Shown: positions 36,260 to 49,574 of the stretch, one piece after another
Layout: every line of letters starts with the position of its first letter
Numbering within the stretch: position 1 is the first letter of the stretch
Assembly (NCBI RefSeq): GCF_044704955.1
Contig: NC_091999.1
Span: 57,970,001-58,034,000 of the forward strand
Length of the DNA: 64,000 bases
Direction: 5' to 3'
DNA from: Pristiophorus japonicus
Taxonomy: Eukaryota
Notes under the pieces: model-generated
What the model was told of the DNA's origin: nothing
Database searches by the model: none
What the model saw: the letters and a program-made list of their open reading frames with translations, nothing else
Made by a program: the position numbers and the translations under genes

Positions 36260-37560
36260 GCCGCTTTTTGATTTCTCTGCCCTCCACTCTTACTTTTCTC
36301 CTACCTATCTTTTGCTTCTGCCGCCTTTTTACTTCCCACTGCCTCCCTACAAAAATACCCATCCCCCTGCCATATTCGTTTAAACACTCGCCAACAGCAC
36401 TAGCAAACGCACCACCGAGGACCTCGGTCCCGGTCCTGCCCAGGTGCAGACCATCCGGTTTGTACTGGTCCCCACCTCCCACAGAACCGGTTCCAATGTC
36501 CCAGGAATTTGAATACCTCCCCCTTGCCCCAGTCCTCAAGCCACGTATTCATTTGAACTATCCTGCTGTTCCAACTCTGAATAGCACGTGGCACTGATTG
36601 CAATCCTGAGATTCTACCTTTGAGGCCCGACTTTTAAATTTAACTCCTAGCTCCCTAAATTCAGCTTGTAGAATGTCATCCAGTTTTTTACCTATATTGT
36701 TGGTACCTATATGCACCACGATAGTTGGCTGTTCACCCTCTCCCTCCACAATGCCCTGCACCCGCTCCAAGTCACCCTTGACCCTTGCACCAGGGAGGCA
36801 ACATACTTCTCTGGAGTCTCGTTTGCAGCCGCAGAAACGCCTATCTCTTCCACTTATAATAGAATCTCCTCTCACTATATACCTTCCACTCTTTTTCCAG
36901 CCCACCTGCGCAGCACTGTTATTGCTGCTGCCATGAACTTGGCTGCTGCTCCCTTTCCCTGATGAGCCACCATCCTCAACAGTATCCAAAACTGTATAAT
37001 TGCCCTACCTTCCTTCCCCTGCTCTTCCTGATGGTCACCCATTCCCTATCTGTCTGTGTCACCTTTACCTGCTGTGTGACCAACTCACTAAGCATGCTAT
37101 CCAAGACATCATCAGCATCGTGGATGCTCCAGAGTGAATCCATGCGCAGCTCCAGTGCCTCAATGCGACCTGACAGGAGCTGCAGCTCGACACACTTCAC
37201 GCACACATAGTAGCCAGTGTCCCTGGCTTCCCACATTCCGCAGGAGGAGCAGGACACGGCTCTGGGCTCTCCTGCCATGACTTAACCTTTAGATGAACAT
37301 AATTTGGCAACAATGCCAAAGGTTTCCTACTAATAAGAAAAGAAAAAGAAAACGAAAAAATGCTTACCAATCAACCAGCCAAAAACTTACCCGCTTGGTT
37401 GTGACATTACTCTTCGATTTCATTTTACTTCTATTTTGCTTTTTGTTTTTTGACGCTACACCAGCTGTTCCTGTGACTGCTCTTCCTCCCGATCTGCCGC
37501 AGAACTTTTATCCGCCTCGATCCTCCCGCTCCCTCTAGCTCCTCCAACTGATGCTCCTCC
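36260..37560 (-). mobile_element. CR1 5' region with ORF1 (Zn-finger, coiled coil, SGNH esterase), disrupted
   Basis: MAGEPRAVSCSSCGMWE...CVKCVELQLLSGRIEALELRMDSL; GDSII...CCLPGARV...HIGTNNIG; DGLHL. Confidence 0.88.
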
Positions 37561-37569
37561 GAATCAGAG

Positions 37570-38135
37570 ATCAAGGTTTACTCACATAATACATGGTGTA
37601 CTTATACAATGCAAGCTGAAATTACGCAATACAATCTATTCTCACACAATACAAGGTTTACGCACACAACCCCAAGGTGTAATCACATAATAAAAGGTGT
37701 ACACATACAGTAAAAGGGGTGCTCATACAATACAAGGTGTACACATACAACAAAAGCTTTACTTTCACAATACAAGATGTACTTACACGATACAACGTGT
37801 GCTCACACCATAAATGTTAGACTCACACGATATAAAATGTGAACTCACACCATAATATCAATACTCACACTATATAAGCTGTATTCATACAACAAAGTCA
37901 ATACTCACACAATACAAGGTGTACTCACACAATAAAAGCTTTACTTATAAATACATGGTGTACTCCCACAATACAAGATGTAGTCACGCAACACAAGCTG
38001 TACTCATGCAACACAAATTCTACTCACACAATATATCGTGACTTCACACAATACAAGGTGTACCCACACAAAACAACATATACGGACAAATGTTAATCTG
38101 TACTCACACAACACATTGCATACTCACCCGATACA
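37570..38135. repeat. Degenerate ~21-bp tandem repeat
   Basis: Recurrent TACTCACACAATACAAGGTG-like unit. Confidence 0.8.
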
Positions 38136-39177
38136 AATATCATCATTGGCAGTGCATCGAAACGAGGATGACTTGCTTCCACGCCGAAAAGAATGATGAG
38201 TTCACAGATGTTTCAATGAAGGACCTAATATTCCAGGTTCCAAACTACATCCTGACGGGTGGAAGATGCTTGTGCATGGATTTTTTTAACGTGTGGTGGC
38301 CGTTACACACCAGCCGCCACACGGGCTTGACAGAGCTAGGTCTTATTCCAGTGGCAAGGGTAATCCTAGATGTGCTCTGCTGCGCGGACCTAGTGACCAC
38401 TGTGTGGTCTGGCCCGCGCTGCCCAATGGCCCCGAACTCACGCCTCTGCAAGCTACAAGGCTACGGACTAAGAGCTGGAAAGTGGGATTAGGCTGGATAG
38501 CTCTCTATCAGTCTGCACAAACACGATGGGCCTAAATGGCCTCCTTCCGTGCTGTAAATTTCTATGGTTATATAATGAGAAATAATTTACAATTTCGGGG
38601 GTCGATAAACAGGTGTTTAAAGGCCATTCATTTCTCTCTTTCCATATCGCTGTTAGTTAAAGGAACACAGATTGATTTCCCCTCATTATGCATCTTTAGT
38701 TGTGAAACAAAATTCTTTCCTGTTAATAGAGAGCCACATTCTGCACTGGGGGATACGGCGGGTAGCTTCAGCCTTTAAAATTCTCCTCCTCTTGTTCAAA
38801 TCCCGCCAAAACCTCGCCACTCCCTATCTCTTTAACCTCCTGCAGCCCACCAACCCTCTTAATGAGGGAAAACATTTTCAGTGTCAGACGGCTCGGTAGC
38901 CAGAGGACACCGAATTAAGATGATTGGCAAATGAACCAGATGCCACACGAGCGAAAAACATTCAGTCGCGAAATGTTATGGCCTGGAACGCACTGCCTGT
39001 AAGGGTGGTGGAGGCAGATTCACTCCTTACGTGCAAATGAGATAAATATTTGAGTTGCATAGATTTGCAGGGTTATGAGGCAGAGCAGTAGAGTGGATTA
39101 ATTATACAGCTTAGGATGAGCAAGAGAGGAAAGAATGTTCCAGAGAAACTAGAACTGTCTGTAGAGAATTTATATCT

Positions 39178-39470
39178 TGGGCAGGCAGCTCAGTCCTTTG
39201 GAATGCACATCCTGGGCAGGCAGCTCAGTCCCATGGAATGCACATCCTGGGCAGGCAGCTCAGTCCCATGGAATGTACATCCTGGGCAGGGAAGCTCAGT
39301 CCCAAGGAATGCACATCCTGTGCAGGCAGCTCAGTCACAAGGAATGCACATCCTGGGCAGGCAGCTCAGTCCCATGGAATGTACATCCTGGGCAGGCAGC
39401 ACAGTCCCATGGAATGTACATCCTGGTCAGGGAGCACATTCCCATGGAATACACATACTGGGCCATGTGG
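39178..39470. repeat. 35-bp tandem repeat (~8 copies)
   Basis: Unit GGGCAGGCAGCTCAGTCCCATGGAATGCACATCCT. Confidence 0.9.
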
Positions 39471-39504
39471 GAACACCTGGATGACCACGTTGCGGGAAGT
39501 GTCG

Positions 39505-41880
39505 CCAGCTCCCTAATTGACTGTGTGATGCCCTCCACAACATCACTACTACTGTTTGGATGTCTGTACACAACTCCCACTAACGTGTATTGCCCTTTGG
39601 TGTTCTGCAGCTCTACCCATATAGATTCCATATCATAGGGGTGCATTTTCAGCTCCGGGTTTCGGAGCTTGAGCGGTTGCTAGCGTCAATGCAGTCTATC
39701 CGCGGGGCTCAGAGCTTCGAGGATAACACATTTCAGGAGGTAATCACCCAGCAGCTTAAAATTGTGCAGGCATAGAGGGAATGGAAGATCGTCAGACAGA
39801 CAAGGTGGAACTGGCATGTAGGACAGGAATCCCCTGACTCATTAACCGCTTTCCAGTTCTGGTTAATGAGGAGCACCATGGTTGCTCTGGGGTGTGAATC
39901 CAATGCCAAGTCCACGGAACCATAGGTGGCTCAGCTGCACAGAAGGGAAGGAAGAAGAGTGGAAGAGCAATAGTGGTAGGTCAATTGATACATGGGGAAT
40001 AGACAGACATAGAAACATAGAAAATAGGTGCAGGACTAGGCCATTCGGCCCTTCTAGCCTGCACCGCCATTCAATGAGTTCATGGCTGAACATGCAACTT
40101 CAGTACCGCATTCTGCTTTCTCGCCATACCCCTTAATCCCCCTAGTAATATGGACGTTTGGCGGCTGCAGACGTGACTCCAGGATAGTTATTGCCTCCCT
40201 GGTGCAAGGGTCAAGGTTTGTCACTGAAAGTGTGCAGGACATTGTGAGGGAACCGGGGGGAGGGGGGTTAATAGCCAGAAGTCGTGGTCTATATTGTCAA
40301 AAATGACAAAGGTCGAAAGAGAGATGACGTCCTGCAGGCAGTTCTGAGGGAGCTGGGAAGGAGACTAAAAAACAGGACATCAAAAGTAGTAATCTCCAGA
40401 TTACTCCCAGTACCACGTGCTAGTGAGTACAGGAATAGGAGGATCGAGCGGGTGAATATGTGGCTTGAGACGATGCAGGAGGGAAGACTTTAAATTCTTG
40501 TGGTATTGCGACTGTTTCTGGGGGCTGTATGACCTGGACAAGCCAGTCGGGTTGCACCTGAACAAAGCTGGGACCTAGATCCTCTCCAAGCTGGGGAGAG
40601 CCTCAGCTCGTTTGTGGGAAAAATTTTCGACGAAATGCTGATGGATAGGATAAATCTTCATTTGGGAAGACACGGATTAATCAAGGACAGTCAGCATGGA
40701 TTTGTTAAGGGAAAGTCGGGTCTGTCTACCGATTGACTTTCCTGTATAGCCACTCAAAAAATTTAATGAGGGCAGTGCATTTGATGTAGTGTATATGAAT
40801 TCTAGCAACGATGTTGATAAAGTCCCACAAGGCAGACTGGTCACAAAAGTATAAGCAATTGGGATACAAGGCAAAGTGGCAAGTTGGATTCAAAATTGGC
40901 TCAGAGTCAGGAAGCAAAGGTTAATGGTTGATGGGTGTTTTTGAGACTGGAAGGCTGTCTCCAGTAGCGAATCCATAGGGCTCACTACTAGGTCCCTTTT
41001 TTATCAATAATTTGGACTTGAATCTACAGGGTATGATTAGGAAGTATGCAGATGACACACAAATTGGTCTTGTGGTTGATAATGAAGAAGAAAGCTATAG
41101 ACTGCAGGGAGATGTCAATGGACTGATCAGGTGGGCAGAATAGTAGCAAGTGGACTTCAATCCGCGGAAGTGTGTGGTCTTGCATTTGGGGAGGGCTAAC
41201 AAGGCAAGGGAATACACAATGAATCGTAGGATACTGAGAAGTGTCGATGAATAAAGAGATCTAGGAGTGCATATCCACAGACCCATGAAGGTTTCAGGAC
41301 AGGTAGACATTCTAAATATATTAAGTGGATAACAAGAGAAAGAATGGGGCCTATTAGAGACCACAAAGGAAATGTGTGTGTGGAAGCAGAAGATGTGAAT
41401 CTAATTGTTAATAAATACCCTGCATTTGTTTTCACAAAAGAGAGGGGCGATGCAGATTTTGCAATGAGGGAGGAGTGTGAAATATTGGACGAGGTAAACA
41501 TAGTTAGAGAAGAAGTATTAAGGGACTTAGCAGCTTTGAAAGTGGATAAATCCCCAGGCCCAGATGAAATGTATTTCAGGCTGTTAAGAGAAGCAAACGA
41601 GGAAATAGCAGAGGCTCTGACCATCATTTTCCAATCCACACTGGCTACAGGTGTGGTGCCAGTGGACTGGAGGACCTCTAATGTTTAACCTTTGTTTAAA
41701 AAGGGAGACAAGGATAGATCGATTTATTAAAGGCCTGTCAGCCTAACCTCAGTGGTGGGAATTTTTTTTGGAAAAATCCTGAATGACAGGATAAATCTTC
41801 ATTTGGAAAGACATGGATTAATCAGGAACAGTCCGCACGGATTTGTTAAGGGAAGGTCATGTCTGACTAACTTGATTGAA
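39505..41880. mobile_element. Patchwork of rearranged CR1 fragments (ORF1, RT, 3' tail; both strands)
   Basis: ESIWVELQNTKGQ (-), ORF1 esterase fragments (+), a CR1 tail at ~40008-40148 (-), and RT segments out of colinear order at 40600-41310 and 41340-41880. Confidence 0.8.
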
Positions 41881-43146
41881 TCTGTCCCTTCTTCCCGTTC
41901 ATCCATGCATATTGTAAACAGTTCTGGTCCCAGCACCGATCCCTGTGGCACACCACTAACCACCGGTTTCCAACCCGACAAGGACCCATTTATCCCGACT
42001 CTCTGCTTTCTGTTAGCCAGCTAATTCTCTATCCTTGCAAATACATTTCCTCTGAATCCACGTACCTTTATCTTCTGCCGTAACCTTTTGTGTGGCACCT
42101 TATCGAATGCCTTTTGGAAATCTAAATACACCACATTCATCGGTATATCTCTATCCACTATGCTCATTATATCCTCAAACAATTCAGTAAATTAGTTAAA
42201 CATGATTTCCCCTTCATGAATCCATGATGCGTCTGCTTTATTGCACTATTCCTATCGAGATGTCCCGCTATTTCTTCCTTAATGATAGCATCAAGCATTT
42301 TCCCCACTACAGATGTTAAACTAACCGGCCTATAGTTACTTGCCTTTTGTCTGACCCCTTTGTTAAACAGAGGCGTTACATTTGCTGCTTTCCAATCCGC
42401 TGGTACCTCCCCAGAGTCCAGAGAATTTTGGTAGATTATAACGAATGCATCTGCTATAACTTCCGCCATCTCTTTTAATACCCTGGGATGCATTTCATCA
42501 GGACCAGGGGACTTGTCTACCTTGAGTCCCATTAGCCTATCCAGCACTACCCCCGTTGTGATAATGATTATCTCAAGGTCCTCCCTTCTCACATTCCCGT
42601 GACCAGCAATTTCTGCAATGGTTTTTGTGTCTTCCACTGTGAAGACCGAAGCAAAATAATTGTTTAGGGACTCAGCCATTTCCACATTTCCCATTATTAA
42701 ATCCGCCTTCTCATCTTCTGAGGGACCAACATTTACTTTAGTCACTCTTTTCCGTTTTATATATCGGTAAAAGCTTATACTATCTGTTTTTATGTGTTGC
42801 GCAAATTGACTTTCGTCATCTATCTTTCCTTTCTCTTTTGCTCTCTTAATCATTCTTTGCTGTCGATTAAAATTTTCGCAATCTTCTAGTTTCCCGCTAA
42901 CATTGGCCACCTTATACGCATTGGTTTTTAATTTGATACTCTCCTTTATTTCCTTGGTTATCCACGGCTGGTTATCCCTTCTCTTGCCGCCCTTCTTTTT
43001 CACTGGAATATATTTTTGTTGAGCACTATGAAATAGCTCCTTAAAAGTCCTCCACTGTTCCTCAATTGTGCCACCGTTTAGTCAGCGTTTCCAGTCTACT
43101 TTAGACAACTCTGCCATCATCCCACTGTAGTCCCCTTTGTTTAAGC
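41881..43146 (-). mobile_element. CR1 ORF2 internal fragment, same subfamily as 22470-23735
   Basis: ORF 42167..43003 is very similar to ORF 22872..23738 (KKKGGKRRDNQPWITKEIKESIKLKTNAYKVA). Confidence 0.92.
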
Positions 43147-43147
43147 G

Positions 43148-43292
43148 ACTGTAATATAAATAGAGACAGGGTCTCGTGTAATGAAAATAGGGACAGGGTC
43201 TCGTGTAATATAAACAGAGACAGGGTCTAGTGCAATGTAAGCAGGGACATGGTCTAATGTAATCTCAGCAGAGACAGGGTCTAGTGCAGTAA
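43148..43292 (+). repeat. Short array of the 27-bp satellite
   Basis: About 5 copies of GTAATATAAACAGAGACAGGGTCTAGT. Confidence 0.85.
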
Positions 43293-43659
43293 TCCATTTT
43301 AAATCTCCGGCTTGTGGTTACTGTCCGTCCTACCAGTGGCAAAGGTTTCTAACTATTTACTTGATTAAAACTCCTCATAATTTCGATCGCCACTATTAAA
43401 TCTGCCTTAACATTCTCGGATATAAGGAGCACCGTCCCAGTTTCCAGCCGTTCTACTGATGCACCTCATGAACATCCAGATGAGGAGTCGCTAAGATTTG
43501 ATCCCATTTTACAACAGTGCCAGAATATCATCCCAGGCAAGATAAGAGTATTATCCGAGGGAATTAAACCGACTGTGTAAGACTCGTCTCAGGCTTTGAA
43601 CTTTGGACACTCTGAACTAAATGACAACATCTAAAAAATTAAGCTGTGACGTGCTAAAG

Positions 43660-44095
43660 CCCTGGTACAATGGGATCACTCTCACCTCTGAGTGAGAAGG
43701 CTGTGGGTTCACAACCCCTCTCCAGAGACTGAGCACATAATCTTGGCTGGCACTCCCGGTACCAGTACCGAAGGAGAAGGGGAGGGGGGCTATATTGACG
43801 GTGGAGCAGTCTTTCGGATGAGACGTTACATCTGCTGAGTCTTCGCTTACAGTTGGATGTAAGAGATTGAATGGCACTATTTTAAATAGCAGGGGAGTTC
43901 ACCCCGAAGTCCATTACACATATTTATCCATTAACCAGCATCGCTAAAGAACAGATTCTATGGTTATTATCACATTATGTTTGTGGGAGTTTGCTGTGTG
44001 CAATTTGACTCCACGTTTCCTACATTACAAAAGTGACTACACTTCAAACGTACTTCAATATAAAGCACTTTTGGACATTCTGAGGACGTGAAAAT
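43660..44095 (+). mobile_element. tRNA-derived SINE with Deu-domain-like core (SacSINE1-like)
   Basis: Head CACTCTCACCTCTGAGTGAGAAGG.TGTGGGTTCA, core GTCTTTCGGATGAGACGTTA...GGGGAGTT...GTTTGTGGGAGTTTGCTGTG, and an L2-like tail. Confidence 0.7.
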
Positions 44096-44946
44096 CGTGA
44101 AAGTTATTTCTAAAAGTCAACATTTAAAATACACGTTGCAATGGGTGAATCCTCTGGTCGCATTGTTAACTTGTTTAGTTTAAGTGGCTGGAATCTTACG
44201 CTAAATGGACATTCAGTGAATTACTGATCTGTTCAGCGAGGTTCCATTGACTTTGGTAGCAGAATTTTCAGAATTGAATTATTAATTTTAATATGTTCCC
44301 TTTGATATAAATCATATCTCTTCTAATTGAACAAACCAAAAACCGATGTCACAGCTGGAGATATTTCCATTTCTTTGTACCAACTACCAATATTCATAAA
44401 ATAAACCTGTGCTGTGAGTTAAAACTAATCAGTAAATTACTTTGTGGATCTGCTTTTGCTGCCATGAACACTTCATGGAAATCTGTGAGGTGTTTCTGTA
44501 AATAAACGCAGAAATAGAAGTCCCAGATTAGAATAGTGAACGACAGAATAGAAATAAACAGAGAAAGAAACGCTAATGTCTCAACGGATTCCAGCAACAA
44601 TTGATGTTTGGGATATTTTTTTTCAGTTATTGGTGAACAAATCAACGATGTTATCCGCGGCCAGAATGGGGAAAGATTCCAGTCACCATACATAGTCACA
44701 GCTCAAATGTATTCGTGGCAATTCCCTGCATCCCCTCCCTCTCTGCCTCTCTCTAATATCCCCACCTTTTGCCTTGCCTGTAAAGAATGCGTCATTATTT
44801 TACCTCACAATAAGAAGTCAATGTCTAACAAAAATGTTCTCTAAGGTCTATTTCCAGGCCTCACACCAAATTGGTAGGTGTGCGGAATGGCAGCTTTATA
44901 ATAAAATATGTCGTGTGAACTCAATGATCTTGGGTGTTTGATGTGA

Positions 44947-45420
44947 CTCTGTAGCGGGAACTTTACTCTGCATCTAACTACGTGCTGTACCTGCCCTGCG
45001 AGTGTTTAATGGGACGGTTTCGAGAGAGCTTTGCTCTGCATAGATCAGTGATGTACCTGCTCTGGAAGAGTTTGATGGGACGGTATAGAGGGGGCTTTAC
45101 TCTATAGCTTACCCGTGCTGTACCTGCCCTGGCAGTCTTTGCTGGGACAGTGTTTTGGGAGCTTTACTCTGCATAGACCAGAGCTGTACCTGCCCTGGGA
45201 GAGTTTGATGGGACGGTGTTGAGCAAGATTTACTCTCTATCTAAACCGTGCTGTACCTGCCCTTGGAGATTTTGATGTTACGGTGTAGAGGGAGCTTTAT
45301 TGTTTTTCGAATCGTGCTGTACCTGAGCTGGGAGTGTTTGACGGGACAGCATCGAGGGAGCTTTTCTTTGCATAGACCCGCGCTGTCCCTGCCCTGGGAA
45401 TGTTTTAATGGACAGTGTGA
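44947..45420. repeat. ~66-bp satellite (~7 copies)
   Basis: Unit GTGCTGTACCTGCCCTGGGAGTGTTTGATGGGACAGTGTAGAGGGAGCTTTACTCTG.ATCTAACC. Decayed copies also lie at ~57520-58040. Confidence 0.88.
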
Positions 45421-45641
45421 TATCACTATCGCAGAAAATTGTTTTTGTCAGTGCAACTTCCTGTATATTGCATTTCGTGTTTACCTGTTTGACATCATCA
45501 CGTCAGCAACACGTAAACAATGGGTGACGTCATTGTTTACAACAAAGCAGCGTCATCAACGTGATTTGGTCGCCATTGCTACATCAGTGCGACGTCTGAC
45601 CCTCAGCCAAATGGATTGCTCGATTTGACCTATATATACAC

Positions 45642-46560
45642 CAGGGTCTAGTGCAGTAATAACCGAGACGCGTCCAAGTGTAACATAGACAGAGAGAGGA
45701 TATAGTGTAATATCTACAATGACAGGGACCAGTGTAAAAAAAAAAGACACAGCGTCTAGTGTAATATAAACAGAGACAGGGTCTTGTGTAATATAAACAG
45801 AGACAGTGTCTAGTGTAATATAGAAAATAAAGGGTATCGTGTAATATAAACAGAGACAATGTCGAGTGTAATATAAAAAATACATTTTCTAGTGTAATAT
45901 AAACAGAGACAGTGTCTAGTGTAATATAAACAGAGACAGTGTCTAGTGTAATATAAACAGAGACAGTGTCTAGTGTAATATAAACAGAGACAGTGTCTAG
46001 TGTAATGTAAAAAATACAGTGTCTAGTATAATATAAACAGAGACAGGGTCTAGTGTAATATAAATAGAGACAGGGTCGAGTGTAATATAAATAGAGACAG
46101 GGTCTAGTGTAATATAACCAGAGACAGGACCAATCTATTATAAAGAGACAGGGGATAGTATAATATAAATAGTGACAGAGTCCAACATAATATAACAAAG
46201 GATAAAGTGCTCTAATACTAACTAATACATGAACTATTGTAGTAGAAACATTGACATTTTCTAGTGCAATATAAACTGAGACATGTCGAGTGTAATATAA
46301 AGCGAGACAGGAACTAGTGAAATATTGACAGAAACGTGGTGTACGGTCATATAAACAGTGACAGCGTCTAGTTCAGTAGTAACTGAGAATGGGTCTAATG
46401 TATTATAACGGAGGGTCCAGTACTGTGATAACTGATACAGAGCCGAGCATAATATAAACAGAGACAGGGTCTAGTGCAGTAATAACTGAGACAGGGCCTT
46501 GTGCAATCCGAAAAGAGAGATGTAGTTATAATTAAACAGGGTCCAGAGTAATTTAAACAT
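45642..46560 (+). repeat. 27-bp satellite array, forward orientation
   Basis: GTAATATAAACAGAGACAG(G/T)GTCTAGT units, decaying rightwards. Confidence 0.92.
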
Positions 46561-46715
46561 ATAGAATGTCTGGAATAATTTGATAGTAACATTCCAGCCA
46601 TGCGAATCTTCATGTGGTCTGACTGTCTATCTGTCTGTCGTTCGGTCGGTCGGTCCATTCGTCTGTCCGTCCGTCCGTCGATTCGTACTTCTATCCATCT
46701 ATCTGTACTTCTATC

Positions 46716-48750
46716 TAATATTACACTAGAACCTGTCTCTCTTAAGATCCTGTTCCTGTTAATATTACCCGAGACCCTGTCTCTGTTTATATTACCCGTG
46801 TCCATGTCTCTGTTTATATTGTACTAGACCCTGTCTCTGTTTATATTACACTAGACTCTGTCCCAGTTTTTATTATACTGGACACTGTCTCTGTTTATAT
46901 TAGTCAAGACTCTGTCCCTGTTTATATTATAATGGATCCTGTCGGTGTTTAGATTATACTGGACCCTGTCCCAGTTTATATCGCACTAGACCCTGTTTCT
47001 GTTTATATTAAGTAGACTCTGTTTCTGTTTTTATTACACTGGACCCTGTCTCTGTTTATATTACACTAGACCCTGTCCCAGTTTATATTACACTAGACCC
47101 TGTCTCTGTTTATATTGTACTAGACCCTGTCTCTGTTTATATTACACTAGACCCTGCCTCTGTTTACATTACATTAGACCCACTCCCAGTTCATATTATA
47201 CCAGAGACTGTCTCTGTTTATATTAGTCTAGACCCTGTCTCTGTTTATATTCTACTAGACCCTGTCTCTGTTTATATTACACTGGACCCTGTTTCTGTTT
47301 ATATTAAACTAGACCCTGTCTCTGCTTATTTTACACTAGACCCTGTCTCTGTTTATATTCTTCCAGACACTATCGCTGTTTATATTACACTAGACTCTGT
47401 CTCTGTTTATATTACACTAGACCCTGTCTCTGTTTATATTGTACTAGACGCTGTCTCTGTTTATATTAAACTAGACCCTGCCTCTGTTTACATTACACTA
47501 GACCCTCTTCCAGTTCATATTATACTGGACCCTGTCCCTGTTTATATTAAACTAGATCCTGTCTCTGTTTATTTTACACTGGACCCTGTCTCTCTTCATA
47601 TTACATTAGACCCTGTGTCCTTTTATATTAAACACGACCCTGTCTCTGTTTATATTACACTAGACCCTGTCTCTGTCTATATTCTTCTTAACACTATCCC
47701 TGTTTATATTGGACTCGACCCTGTCTCTGTTTATATTGAACTAGACCCTGTCTCTGTTTTTATTGCACTAGACCCTGTCTCTGTTTATATTACACCAGAC
47801 ACTGCCTCTGTTTATATTCGTTCTGACACTATCCCTGTTTATATTACACTAGACCCTGTCTCTGTTTGTATTACACTAGACCCTGTCCCTGTTTATATTA
47901 CACTAGACCCTGTCTTTGTTTATATTCTTCCAGACACTATCCCTGTTTATTTTGGACTCGACCCTGTCTCTGTTTATATTAAACTAGACCCTGTCTCTGT
48001 TTATATTACACTAGACCATGTTTCTGTTTATATTCTTTCTGACACTATCCCTGTTTATATTACACTATACCCTGTCTCTGTTTGTATTACACTAGACCCT
48101 GTCTCTGTTTATATTACACTAGACCATGTCTCTGTTTATAATACACCAGACACTGCCTCTGTTTATATTCTTTCTGACACTATCCCTGTTTATATTACAC
48201 TGGGCCCTGTCTCTGTTTGTATTACACTAGACCCTGTCACTGTTTATATTACACTAGACCCTGTCTCTGTTTTTATTCTTCCAGACATTATCCCTGTTTA
48301 TATTACACTAGACCCTGTCTCTGTTTATAATACACTAGACCCTGTCTCTGTTTATATTAAAATAGACCCTGTCTCTGTTTATATTACACTAGACCATGTC
48401 TCTGTTTATATTCTTTCTGACACTATCCCTGTTTTTATTACACTAGACCCTGTCTCTGTTTGTATTACACTAGACCCTGTCTCTGTTTATATTACACTAG
48501 ACCATGTCTCTGTTTATATTACACCAGACACTATCTTTGTTTATATTCTTTCTGACACTATCTCTGTTTATATTACACTAGACCCTGTCTTCCCTGTCTT
48601 TTTTTGTATTACACTAGACCTTGTCTCTGTTTATATGCCAGTAGACACTGTGTCAGTTTATATCACACGAGACCCTGTCTCTTTTTATAATACGCCAGGC
48701 ATTGTCACTGTTTATATTATCCTCGACACTGTCTCTCTTTGTATTACCCA
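46716..48750 (-). repeat. 27-bp satellite array, inverted orientation
   Basis: About 75 ACTAGACCCTGTCTCTGTTTATATTAC units, the reverse complement of the preceding array. Confidence 0.95.
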
Positions 48751-49325
48751 GATCATCTTTCCTTTTCAAATATATATTGATTTCCCTATTTGAAAGTTAT
48801 AATTACATTTGCTGCCATCACCCTTTCAGACACTGCATTCCAGGTTATTACTACTCGCTGCATAAAAAATCTCCTTATCTCCCGTCTGGATTTATTTTTT
48901 CATTCATCTTAATCTTTGTGTTCTGGTTACCGATAGACCTACCGATAGAATCCCCACCTTACTATTAACTCAATGAAACCCCTTCACAATTTTGAAAACA
49001 TCTGTTAATTCTCCCCTAAGCATACCCTGCTATAATAAGAATAAACCCATCCTCTCTCGTCTCCACAAAACTGAACTCCCTCATGCCTTCCACCAATCTC
49101 CTCTGCATCCTCGACAAGAGCCCGACAATCTTCTTAAAATGTGGATTGAAAAAAATGCAATCTTTATTTGTCCTTCAGATTATTTCTAAGGATACATGCT
49201 CCCTTCAAATTTGACTGACTGAGAAGCATTAATTATATTGTTTTACTTGTTTTGACAAAACGGACGGTGACTGAAATGCTCAGCAACATCTGTCTCCACA
49301 TGACTCATGTATCAATATGATCTCT

Positions 49326-49358
49326 GTCGCCACCTGCTGATAAACGACATCTACTGCA
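49326..49358 (-). promoter_or_regulatory. Candidate CTCF site with upstream motif
   Basis: The minus strand reads TGCAGTAGA-N6-TTATCAGCAGGTGGCGAC, a CTCF core plus TGCAG upstream module at the typical spacing. Confidence 0.5.
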
Positions 49359-49574
49359 AGCTCCAGAGCTTACTTTAAACATGATTCATAACACCCACTA
49401 CAATAACTTGCTTGAACGTTTAACCAGAGGATTTTTTTTAGAACAAACCACAAGAGGTGCAGATGATCAGGAAGTATCAAGGGCGGAATTAGCAAAATTA
49501 TTATTGCAAATTCACCTTCAGCTCATCATACAGAGCCGTCAGATTAGATAAACATCCATAATGAATAAAAACCT

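Noticed and set aside
47615-48793. 392-aa ORF of ITLDPVSVY repeats
   Set aside because: It is a by-product of a 27-bp satellite lacking stops in one frame. It has no ATG start, and the same repeat occurs inverted nearby.
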